Assembly: GCA_965223265.1 (NCBI GenBank)
Contig: OZ244999.1
Span: 3,296,001 to 3,360,000 of the forward strand
Source: Planctomycetota bacterium
GTDB lineage: Bacteria; Planctomycetota; UBA8108; SXIK01
Reading direction: 5' to 3'
Length of the DNA stretch: 64,000 bases
The translations under genes and the position numbers were made by a program. The notes beneath the pieces were generated by a model. The model searched no databases. It saw only the letters and a program-made list of their open reading frames with translations, and was not told where the DNA came from. Each line of letters opens with the position of its first letter. Position 1 is the first letter of the stretch. This document shows positions 21,401 to 28,856 of the stretch, piece by piece.

Positions 21401-21971
21401 ACAGCGGCAGATTGAGCGAAGCGCCGGTCAAACGGCGCCAACCGTTGTTTGCTACTTCCCACACTTCGGGGAATAGATTCTTGCTACCATCTTCGAGCCG
21501 GCCGGACATCGTCACGATGTCGCCGTTCGAGAGCGTCACAAGACTTGGGTACCACCGACCCCCTGCCATGTCAGGGACCCAATTGAACGTGTCCGTCGTC
21601 GGGTCGTAGTACGTTGCGTTGGGGAGGCCCGTGCACCCGGGGATGTGCCCGCCTGTGAAGAAGACGCGACCGTCTGCCAAAAGTGTGTGGCCGCCGCAGA
21701 ATGCGTCATAGCCATGGTCCGCCGTATCGATGAGCGTCTCGGTGATCGGGTCCCACTGCCGCTGATCGGTGTTGGCATACACCATGATGTTGCCGGTGGG
21801 CAGGAGAATGGAGTGGACCGGCCGCCAGGGAAGCGCATGGACGGCGCCCCATTGCCCTTCGACCTCGGGTTGGGCATGGAGCTGGCGGGAATCGGCGCCA
21901 CCGAGGGATAGCGCGACCAGGAGACAAAGAAAACGCGTACGGACACAGCACAGCACATCGGTGATGTTCAT
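15414..21971 (-). CDS. Giant secreted multidomain protein (~2185 aa): AA5 galactose-oxidase-like + DUF1929, 5 FN3, 2 lectin-like repeats, PKD, YVTN propeller, di-heme cytochrome c peroxidase-like domain
   Basis: Oxidase ligands FCGG, RWYPS, RGYHS, VTHT; PPGHYMLF; heme motifs CATCH (17196-17210) and CALCH (16818-16832); APYLHDGS; FDFGDG (PKD). Likely start is ATG at 21971. Confidence 0.9.
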   Translation of the reverse strand: MNITDVLCCVRTRFLCLLVALSLGGADSRQLHAQPEVEGQWGAVHALPWRPVHSILLPTGNIMVYANTDQRQWDPITETLIDTADHGYDAFCGGHTLLADGRVFFTGGHIPGCTGLPNATYYDPTTDTFNWVPDMAGGRWYPSLVTLSNGDIVTMSGRLEDGSKNLFPEVWEVANNGWRRLTGASLNLPLFPAAFLAPSGQVFVATSPSRFLDTSGTGTWTTSATRQESGRDNYGSACMYEVGKVIYTGGADAPTATCEVIDLNAPTPTWSFVAPMPQVRRQHDVSILPDGRVLVIGGSSSSGFNTEDGPKPAIVWDPVADNWTTWATEAEYRGYHSEAVLLPDGRVASIGGDGHPTLQVFSPPYLFQGTRPTVATSPASVALSDTFFVGTPDAASIAQVNLLRPSAVTHTKNMNQRINKLAFTEVAGGLDVTMPSNPTECPPGHYMLFLIDTNGIPAAAPWILVTPAAANQPPPAPTGLAASAGDAQVILTWDIASGATTYNVKRATTAGGPYATIAPGLPSTSFTDTSVVNGTTYYYVVTAANLIGESPESAEVSATPTLQPPGVPSDLEATGKNGVVDLVWSAPSGTIASYSVKRATVSGGPYGFVASVTSTSYSDNSVTNGATYFYVVSALNGAGESADSSEASATPNPPPSPPTALSAIAGNTQVSLTWGASPLAAEYNVYRSTTSGGPYSVIAFSLTGTSFLDTGLTDGTTYYYVVTAVNPAGESGNSNESSATPQAPSIKLLTGVLSNVGSGWQTVTLAQTYDSMVVVCSASYGAGQATAVTRVRNAAGNSFEVRVQNPSGNALSGYAVHYVVVEEGVYTAAIEGVTLEAVKLTSAVTARKGSWLNQDLVYQNGYSNPVVVGQVMSENDVSWSVFWASDGSQGNPPTATSLGVGKHVGEDTNTTRANETVGLIVIESGSGVLAGLPFTAAVGSDTVEGFLNSPPYAYALSGLANPRTAIVSAAGMDGGDGGIPMLYGANPAGTTLNLAIDEDVIGDTDRAHTTEQVAYLVFDEQTLPPEAPTNLTAAGGDLQVTLNWSASERAESYNIKRGGTTGGPYASIANTVETNFIDTNLNDGTTYYYVVSAINVAGESADSAEATATTLSPPVIASVASSLNPAPTGADVTFTASASDADLDPLTYSFDFGDGTPQTPYSPSISALHNYGAPGRYTVTGFVTDGTTIVSSTIVQIVHLALPPGEATASAQIVYDAARSKVWNVNPDSNTVTRIDSAGLTKDFEIPVGVEPRSLALGPGSSEIWVTCESSDEIYVLDAVSGAPLQVLATPRGARPMGIAFASNDSAAYVTYMDGGLLAEWDPATRTQIRTLDVGPAPRALAISADSGRIFVGRFVSPMLVGEVREVDAPTFTVTRTFTLAHDTTPDSEFSGRGTPNYLVQMAISPDGQRLWVPSKKDNTDRGLFRDGIVLTQDSTVRSIFSKLNLIANVEELTERHDVDDHELPHGVDFSPVGDLAFIAYQGNNAVRVFNAYDNSTVTDILLGGELAPQDIVVTPDGLRLFVLNFMTRSVSAFDIAGLANGTSTSATELAVIDAVDTELLAPEVLLGKQIFYNAADTRMTLQGYLSCATCHLDGGEDGRVWDFTDRGEGLRNTIALTRRAGTGHGNVHWTANFDEIQDFELDIRGAFGGTGFINGQPNSSLGAPNAGRSADLDALAAYVTSLAESGLSPHRNGDGTLTADALLGKQIFQQLECALCHAGTEFTDSTVGTSGLLLHDVGTIKASSGERLGQPLTGLDTPTLRGLWNSAPYLHDGSASSLLDVITTQNSADLHGVTSTLTAQQQLQLVAYLEQIDDDEPAAVPVPPIDLTASAGDGTVALNWTASPGADTYNVKRATGTNPFTVIATGVTATSYDDGDTHNGTTYFYVVSASNTGGESFDSEETSAQPQAPAGLTLETGVITGVDSNWQIVTLQQSFQSMVVVCSVNYSASDQPAVPRVRNAGGSSFELKVQNPGDAALNGYSVHYVAVEAGVYTAAVDGVTMEAVKYTSTDTDRQGSWTPGPRSYLNTYTNPVVLGQVMSENDINWSMFWASNGGAKTPPSSGSLAMGKHVAEDTITTRADETIGYIVIEAGSGSIAGVNYEAALGGDSIRGVTNSPPYRYALGLPNPHVAIISSAGMDGNNGGWPILYGAAPLALGLDLAYDEDQIRDSERKHTTEQVAYIVFD

Positions 21972-22252
21972 GGCTCGCTCTCGTTGACGAAAAGAGGAGG
22001 TATGAAATGCCCCATGGTAGGTCGTAGCGCGACGTGCAGTGGGGGGAAGGGTGCACGACGTCGAGCGACCAATCTTCGAACCCAAGCGAATATCCTATCA
22101 TCCGAGGTGATCAAAACGCCGGATGTTTCTTCTCCGGCGACGCTCGATGACCGGTCCCGAGACGTTAACGTTCACCGAACGTCACCATGGCCGCTAAGTG
22201 GCACGCTTGAGCGGGGTTCGGCCTTGCCGTTTCGCTCTGAGCTTCGGAGCGG

Positions 22253-22270
22253 TCTTGACCAATTCTTGAC
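22253..22270 (+). promoter_or_regulatory. OmpR/PhoB-type direct-repeat box TCTTGAC-N4-TCTTGAC
   Basis: 11-bp period repeat just upstream of the kinase gene; the same motif recurs at 28704-28730. Confidence 0.6.
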
Positions 22271-22304
22271 ATCAGTCCATCGGGAGCAGAGGTAGACTCT
22301 CACC

Positions 22305-22729
22305 ATGACCGCCGGTCACGTCGTCCACCGCACGAAGAAGAACTCATCAATGCCACTTTCGTGGCCGTGGATTCTCGTTCTCGTCGGTAGCGCCGGCGTA
22401 CTCGGTTTGGCCTTCGTGACTCTAAGTCGCGCGCTCCAGTCGGCGGAAGGGGCAGCACGTGTCGAAGCAGCGCGGTCTGCCGCAGACGTTGCCCGTGGAC
22501 TCCGAGTGGCACTGTCGGAGCCGGATTTTCTGGAGATCGTGCCGGTGGAGAGGCGGTTTGTCGTTGAAGAAGGCCGCGTCCAGATCCCTCAAGAAGTCGC
22601 CTGGCTCGAGACGCCGATGCCAGTGACGTATACAGACAATCTGGAAGCGCCGATCGGTGAGCTCGTCCGCGAAGCTCGGCGCGCCGAGTCCGTCGACGCC
22701 GACCGGGCAGCGGCGCTGGAATTGCTAGA
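22305..22729 (+). pseudogene. Sensor histidine kinase, N-terminal part (TM1 and start of periplasmic domain), interrupted by the RIT element
   Basis: TM segment WPWILVLVGSAGVLGLAFV; the frame rejoins 26248 onward as ...ALELLEKAQTLAR... Confidence 0.85.
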
Positions 22730-22853
22730 TGAGTGATGTGGAGCTCCACATCACTCATCACATGGGGAGTTCGGAGTTATGTGGAGTAGCGGACGCCTGT
22801 CTCGACCGGAGGCGCTTCGGCGCGTTGGGACTCTCCATAAATCGGCCGCGCGT

Positions 22854-23873
22854 CTACAGCGATCCGAGCCACGTGAGAAGGTCCGGATCGCGTTGCCACG
22901 ATCGGTCCTTCTTGCTCTCCGGAAGCTGATTGGCCTTCTCGAGGGCGCGCCGCTTCATGTCCAGGTCGGCCTTCGCGTAGATCTGGGTGCTCTGGATGTC
23001 CGAATGACCGAGGAAGTCGCGGATTACGACGGCGGGGTTGCCGCTCTGCAAGAGGTGCATCGCCTTCGTGTGGCGTAAGGTATGAGGAGTGATCTTCTGC
23101 GGTAGCGTCGGGCACTCGACTCGAGCGGCCTCGCTGTACTTGGACAGAAGATGTCGTATTCCCCATCGGGAGAGACGGTTACCCGCCCGGTTCACGAAGA
23201 GCGGTTCGTTCGCCTGTTCGGGACGATCGAGAGCGTGCTCCTTGACGTACTCGCCGAGGTTGGCAGCCGTTCCTTTCATGAGCGGGACGACGCGGATCTT
23301 TCGCCCCTTTCCAGTCAAGCGCACCTGCGGAGGGGAGGCGAGACGAAGGTCCGCGATCGAGAGATCGATCAACTCCTGCACGCGAGCTCCTGTGTCGTAA
23401 AGCAGACTCAACATGAGAGCGTCCCGGCGTCCCTGAGGCGTCGTTGAGTCTGGTTGTCTCAGGATCGCGGCCAGTTCTTCGACTGACAGGTAGGTGGGTT
23501 CAGTCTGCGCTATGCGCCGAAGCGGGATCGCGAGAATGCGTTGGCAGTGTTGAATCCGATCCGGCTCCTCGACTTGGACGTACTTGAAGAAAGAGTGGAA
23601 TGCGGCGAGGCGATGGTTTCGAGTTCGGGTTGAAGAGCCGCGCTCCTTCTCGAGATGCCCGAGAAACTTCACGATGAGAGACGCGTCGATCGCTTCCAGC
23701 GACAGGCGCTCGATGCGCATCTCGCAGACCTCACGGCAGTAGCGCAGCAGCAACACGAACGCATCGCGGTAGCTCTTGATCGTGTTCGGACTGAGACCTC
23801 GCTGGGATGGGAGGTACTCGGTCAGGAAAGAAGTGAGTCGACAGGCGAAGTCGGTGGGTTTCGCGATCGTCAT
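22854..23873 (-). CDS. ritC: RIT tyrosine recombinase C
   Basis: SPNTIKSYRD; catalytic GARVQE, GKG, HTLRH, LGH, TQIY. Confidence 0.92.
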   Translation of the reverse strand: MTIAKPTDFACRLTSFLTEYLPSQRGLSPNTIKSYRDAFVLLLRYCREVCEMRIERLSLEAIDASLIVKFLGHLEKERGSSTRTRNHRLAAFHSFFKYVQVEEPDRIQHCQRILAIPLRRIAQTEPTYLSVEELAAILRQPDSTTPQGRRDALMLSLLYDTGARVQELIDLSIADLRLASPPQVRLTGKGRKIRVVPLMKGTAANLGEYVKEHALDRPEQANEPLFVNRAGNRLSRWGIRHLLSKYSEAARVECPTLPQKITPHTLRHTKAMHLLQSGNPAVVIRDFLGHSDIQSTQIYAKADLDMKRRALEKANQLPESKKDRSWQRDPDLLTWLGSL

Positions 23874-24850
23874 GAGGTTCTGCTCCCGCTCGGAATGGCA
23901 TGACCGCAGACGGCTTCGAGCCGTTCCGTGACGTTGGTGAACAGGCTCTCGGTCATCTGGAGGTAGACCTGGGTACCGTGCATGCAGCGGTGGCCCATGT
24001 ACGACGAGAGCAGCGGCAGCTTCGCGTTCAAATCCACACCCTCCGCATACCAGTTCTCGAGCCGATGTACGGCAAAGGAATGGCGAATCTCGTGGAGACG
24101 AGGGCCGCGTCCGCGACCGTGGTGTGGAATGCCAGCGGCTCCCAAGAGCTTGCGGAAAATCGTGTACACGCGCCCGGAGGAATACGCGCCGCCGCGCGGG
24201 GACGGGAAGAACGGCTGTCCAGGCTCGCGGGGGTCGAGTGCTTCGGCGTACCTACGAAGCCGCTCAGTCAAGCCGGGAGCGATGGGAACAAGGCGGTCCT
24301 TGCGAAACTTGCCTTCGCGAATTCGAAGGACTCCGTCCACGAGATCGACGTCTCCGACTGTCAAGCGAAGAGCCTCTCCTCGGCGAAGACCGCAGCCGTA
24401 GAGCACGCGGAAGAGTTCCGGGATCACGAGATGATAGAGAGGCGACCATCGACAGGGGGCGAGGTCGTCAGCTGCCTGAAGGATCTTTGCGATTTCCTCC
24501 CGGCTGAAGATGCGCGCCGTGAATTCACGACGTGTACCGCGCCTTGGATTCAGGGGCGTAACGTAGGCCGAGCAGCCTTGCCGACAGAGGAAGATCGCCA
24601 GTTGACGAACGATCGTCAGCCGCATGCGCTGCGTCCTGGGACGTTCATCGGCGCGCGCGGCGGTCCAGTCCTGTACGAGGACTCTCGGCAGCTCCCGGCG
24701 TTGAAGCCCTCGAGCAACGAGGAAGCTGTCCAACGCTCGCAGAAGGTACTCCTCCCTCTCATAGCGGTATCCACAGCCGCGCTTCTCCTCGAGGAACTTC
24801 ACCATCAGATCTCGCACGGGACTGCGAAACGCTGACTGTTCGCTACCCAT
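23870..24850 (-). CDS. ritB: RIT tyrosine recombinase B
   Basis: GLRRGEA, GKFRKDRLVP, HEIRHSFA, MGH, TQVY; ATG at 24850 overlaps the ritA stop. Confidence 0.92.
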   Translation of the reverse strand: MGSEQSAFRSPVRDLMVKFLEEKRGCGYRYEREEYLLRALDSFLVARGLQRRELPRVLVQDWTAARADERPRTQRMRLTIVRQLAIFLCRQGCSAYVTPLNPRRGTRREFTARIFSREEIAKILQAADDLAPCRWSPLYHLVIPELFRVLYGCGLRRGEALRLTVGDVDLVDGVLRIREGKFRKDRLVPIAPGLTERLRRYAEALDPREPGQPFFPSPRGGAYSSGRVYTIFRKLLGAAGIPHHGRGRGPRLHEIRHSFAVHRLENWYAEGVDLNAKLPLLSSYMGHRCMHGTQVYLQMTESLFTNVTERLEAVCGHAIPSGSRTS

Positions 24851-26102
24851 GGAGCACCTCCTCGGGGTCGAGAGCGACGCAATGCAGAGCTTCCAGGTCG
24901 AGACTCGTATAGAGCCTGGTCGACTCGACCGAGGTGTGTCCGAGGATCGCCGCAATCGTCTCGAGCGGTTCGCCAGCCCGGAGGAGACGTGTGGCTAGAG
25001 TGTGACGAAGAGCATGGAGGCCGCGTCGGGTCTCCGCAGGCAGAGGCGTCTTCAGGCCGCTGAGGTGAGAAGACACGATGGTGACGAGATTGTTTCGCTC
25101 CCCGAGAGGTGCCACCGGAGCACGGGTCTTCAGAAACACCTGGCGATAGCTCGTCGCCGGCCGGCCGTGTTGGAGGTAATCGATGAGTGCGTCGGCGACG
25201 TCGTCCTCGAGGGGGAGCGTCAACGGCTGACCTGTCTTCGACTGACGAAGGTCAATGCGACCGTTCGACCAACGGATGTCGTCGAGACGCAACGTCCGAA
25301 TGTCGCTGGCTCGAAGGCCGAAGCGGCAAGCGAGGAGAAGGATGGCGTAATCTCGTTTGCCCTGTGTGGTGCTACGATCCACAGCGGCGAGGAGTTCCTT
25401 TACCGCGCTTGCCGGCCAGACGGACGGAAGCCGACTCTCCTTCGCGAAGCGGATGGGAACCCATTCATCCGCCACCTTCGGTTCGACGATCCCACGCATG
25501 CACAGGTAGCGGACAAAGGACTTGAGCGCTCCTGATACGGCGGCGAGCGACGGAGGACTCAACTGCGTGAGAGAGTCGAGAAAATCGCAGAAGTCGCGCG
25601 TCCTCAGTCCTCGCAAGGCGGAGATGCCTCGAGGGTTGAGGAACTGAAAGAACTGGACGACCACTCTTCGGCGCTGCGCGACGGTGCAGGGGCGATGTCC
25701 GAGGTGCTCACGGCAGAAGGCCTCGTAGGCCAGTAGCTCGGCCGCGATCGTCTTGGCGAAGACCGGCTCGGGAAGCCGCTTGCGGTACGGCCGAAAGCTG
25801 CCGCCTTCGGCGAACTCCGTGAGGATCCGCAGCGCCTTGAGCAGCTCGACCTCACGCCAGCGTAGCTTCCCCTGATCAGCGTCGGAGCTGATCCCGTGGT
25901 GAGCCAAGAACCGACAGACGAGTTCGGACGAGAACGCGCGCCGCTTCGACTCTCGAGCGAACTCGAGAAGCTTGTTCCACGAATTCCGATAGTACCCGAC
26001 AGTTCGTCGGCTGTAGCCGAGACCTTCGAGGTGGCGAAGAGCAGCGGCGACGAGGCCGCTGAGTGACGATCTGCCTGGGAACGATTCAGCTTTTTCGATC
26101 AT
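24843..26102 (-). CDS. ritA: RIT tyrosine recombinase A
   Basis: GKRDYAI, GLRASDI, QSKTG, HALRH, LGH, TRLY; likely start ATG at 26102. Confidence 0.92.
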   Translation of the reverse strand: MIEKAESFPGRSSLSGLVAAALRHLEGLGYSRRTVGYYRNSWNKLLEFARESKRRAFSSELVCRFLAHHGISSDADQGKLRWREVELLKALRILTEFAEGGSFRPYRKRLPEPVFAKTIAAELLAYEAFCREHLGHRPCTVAQRRRVVVQFFQFLNPRGISALRGLRTRDFCDFLDSLTQLSPPSLAAVSGALKSFVRYLCMRGIVEPKVADEWVPIRFAKESRLPSVWPASAVKELLAAVDRSTTQGKRDYAILLLACRFGLRASDIRTLRLDDIRWSNGRIDLRQSKTGQPLTLPLEDDVADALIDYLQHGRPATSYRQVFLKTRAPVAPLGERNNLVTIVSSHLSGLKTPLPAETRRGLHALRHTLATRLLRAGEPLETIAAILGHTSVESTRLYTSLDLEALHCVALDPEEVLHG

Positions 26103-26247
26103 GGTCGATCTCCCGATTTGAGGGGCACCCACCGCGGGTGCTGAGGAGACCGACGCTACCGGTTTATGGGGAGAGCGAGAACTGGAACGTGTTGTAAAGC
26201 AACGACTTCACTCCGCTACTCCACATAACTCCGAACTCCCCATGTGA

Positions 26248-27829
26248 GAAAGCGCAGACACTCGCGCGCAATGGGAGCAGCGATGCGCAGCAGCAGTTGT
26301 GGTTGACACTCGCGTCAGGGCATGTCGCGAACCGCCACGGAGATGCCGCGCGACGTGAAACGCTATTTGGCGAAGCCGCGCACATGACGGCGCAGTTGCT
26401 GCGCGAGGGTGACGTCGACAGCGAACTCGTGTGTTCCTTAGTGCTGCTGGCGGCGCATGTGCAGAGCAAGTTACCTGAAGAGCTTGTCGCCGCTTTCGTC
26501 CGGACGCCGCCCCAAGCCGCCCGTGCGGTGCTGTCACGCCTGGAAGAATTGACAGGCACTGAGGCTTTCACGCCGCAGCAACTTGAGGCCTTGCGTACGC
26601 GCGTCGACGGCGTCGCGGCGCGCCGTGCGATGCTCCGTCAAGCGCGCGAGGTATTGCCGCGACTCTTGGAGCCGCTGAGGCCGTCGCCGCAGAGCACCGG
26701 CGAACACGTGATCTTCTACGTGCCGCATTCGGACATGTCCGGCGCTGGGGCAATTCTGCCGGCCGTTGAGCTCACGTCTCTGATCGAAGCGCAGCGCCTG
26801 GGGCAGGGCGGGGACGGGGCCGGCGGCGCGACGCATGGTCCGCTCGCGGGGGTTGCCGCACGCGGCCGGCTTGCGGTCGGCCCCGAGGCGGTCGCCGCCG
26901 AGGCAGTGCTCGTGATTGAGGGCATCGCCGTGGTTCCCGAGCCGGCCGTCGGAGCTGCAGCGGCTTCAACCTGGGTCGTGCCCATCGTTCTCGCGGCGCT
27001 CAGCGGTTTCGTTCTCGTCGGGGTGGTTTTGTCGGCGCGTGCGATGCGGCGTGAGCGACTCGCCGCGCAGGCTCGAAGCGATTTTCTCACCGCTGTGACC
27101 CACGAACTCAAAACTCCACTGGCGTCCATTCGCCTACTCGTGGACGTTCTGCGCGACGGGCGCGCGAGCGAAGGACAGCGCGCGAAGTACCATCGCACGC
27201 TGGGAAGCGAAGCGGCGCGACTGACGATGTTGGTCGAAAACGTGCTCGATTTAGGGCGCCTTGAGCGCGGCGAGCGCGCCTACGACAAGCGTCGTGAAGA
27301 AGCGAGTGACGTGGTCTTCGAGGCGCTCGAGCTCTACGAGCCCTTGGCAGCCCGCGATGGCCTCCACGTGGAGCTGCGTCCTTCCGCAGCGCCGGTTGCG
27401 CTCGAGGTCGATCGCCATGCTGTCGTGCAAGTGCTTTTGAACCTGCTCGAGAATGCGCGGCGCTACGCTGCAGGGGGAAGTCGAGTCGAGGTGACAACAC
27501 ACGTCGAGGGCGGCCGGTATTTCGTCGACGTTCGCGACTTCGGCCCAGGGATTCATGCCTCCGAGCGCGACAGTGTGTTCGAGAAGTTTGCGAGCGGCCA
27601 GGCAGCAAGCGACGGTGGCAATCCGGGCGTCGGGCTGGGACTCTTTCTCTCGCGGACGATCGTACACGATCATGGGGGGGACTTGGTCGTGGTGGAGCCG
27701 CCCGATGGAGGCGGCGGCGCATGTGTTCGGCTCAGCTTGCCGGTAGCGCCTGAGCAGGTCCCGCGCATTGATTCTGCCGCCTTCGCATCGCAGACGACCG
27801 AGCCAGAGAAAGGACTGCCGTCGGCATGA
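26248..27829 (+). pseudogene. Sensor histidine kinase, C-terminal part (TM2, HisKA, HATPase)
   Basis: VTHELKTPL H-box, NLLENA N-box, DFGPG and GVGLGL; frame open from the RIT end. Confidence 0.9.
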
Positions 27830-28707
27830 GTGGACGCGTTCTCTTGGTCGAAGACGATCGCGCGCTGCGCGAAGCGCTAGCGGATGCGCTAGCGCTTGAA
27901 GGTTTTGCAGTGACGAGCGCTGGAGATGGAACGTCGGGTGGGGAGCTCGTTTTCACTCGCCATTTCGACCTCGTCATCCTCGACCTCATGCTTCCCGGTC
28001 GCGGCGGGCTCGAGATCCTGAAAGAGATTCGTGCTGAGAAGCTGGGCGTTCCGGTCCTGCTCTTGACGGTGCGCAGCGACGAAAACGACAAGGTCCTGGG
28101 GTTTGAGCTTGGTGCCGACGATTACGTCACCAAGCCGTTCGGATTACGGGAGCTCGTGGCACGGATCAAGGCGCTGATGCGTCGCGGTACCGGCAGCGGT
28201 CTTCCCGATCGGTCAGCCGCATCTCGGGCACGATTTCAGATTGGCGAAGCAGTGGTCGATCTCGGTCGTTACGAACTTGAGCTCAATGGAAAGACATCGT
28301 CGCTCTCGCCCAAAGAGGCGGAGATCCTACGTCTGCTTCACGCTGAGGAGGGACGTGCAGTCAGCAGGAATCGTTTCCTTACGGAGCTCTGGGGCGACGA
28401 TGCGGCGGTGACGAATCGTACGATCGACACGCACGTGCTCCACCTGAGGCAAAAGATCGAAGGCGACCCGGCTGCACCGCAGCACATCCTGACGGTGCAC
28501 GGCGTTGGCTACCGGTTGGTTGCTGGCGTTGAGGGAAGTGATACTGGCGGTGGTGATGACTTGGCTTACGCGGCTCAGGACGACGGCGGGCTGGGAGGCG
28601 GAGCCGTCGGCGGCGCGGGTTCGGTGGCGGATGCATCGACGTGTGCGCCTTCAAGCAGTGAGGGGAACACGAGCAAGGTGCAGGGCCGACGGCGTAGGCG
28701 ATCGTGA
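27826..28707 (+). CDS. OmpR-family response regulator
   Basis: LLVEDD, LDLMLP, DYVTKPF; winged helix RTIDTHVLHLRQKI and TVHGVGY; Gly-rich tail. Confidence 0.95.
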   Translation: MSGRVLLVEDDRALREALADALALEGFAVTSAGDGTSGGELVFTRHFDLVILDLMLPGRGGLEILKEIRAEKLGVPVLLLTVRSDENDKVLGFELGADDYVTKPFGLRELVARIKALMRRGTGSGLPDRSAASRARFQIGEAVVDLGRYELELNGKTSSLSPKEAEILRLLHAEEGRAVSRNRFLTELWGDDAAVTNRTIDTHVLHLRQKIEGDPAAPQHILTVHGVGYRLVAGVEGSDTGGGDDLAYAAQDDGGLGGGAVGGAGSVADASTCAPSSSEGNTSKVQGRRRRRS

Positions 28708-28730
28708 CAACTTTTTGACTCTCTTTTGAC
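28704..28730 (+). promoter_or_regulatory. Three TGAC half-sites at 11-bp spacing (OmpR-type box)
   Basis: TGAC at 28705, 28716 and 28727, upstream of the HEAT-repeat gene. Confidence 0.6.
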
Positions 28731-28856
28731 CGTGCACAAACAACTCTCCGATGAACCTGTGAGAACCTCGCGAGCAGAGATTCAGGCGGACCGTGTCGCT
28801 CCTCCGTGCAGCCGGGTCCACTGTCGCGGAAAGCGAGTCACCGAAAGGAGCTCACA

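Larger units (their letters stand above)
22730..26247 (-). mobile_element. RIT (recombinase-in-trio) element, complete
   Basis: Three overlapping tyrosine recombinase genes; perfect 36-bp inverted repeats at 22758-22793 and 26212-26247; 28-bp palindrome at 22730-22757; GA shared at both junctions. Confidence 0.93.

Noticed and set aside
22728-22733. GATGAG as host sequence with a 3-bp GAG duplication
   Set aside because: This is also in frame (LLDEKAQ) and cannot be fully excluded, but the GA-overlap model explains the whole palindrome without coincidence.
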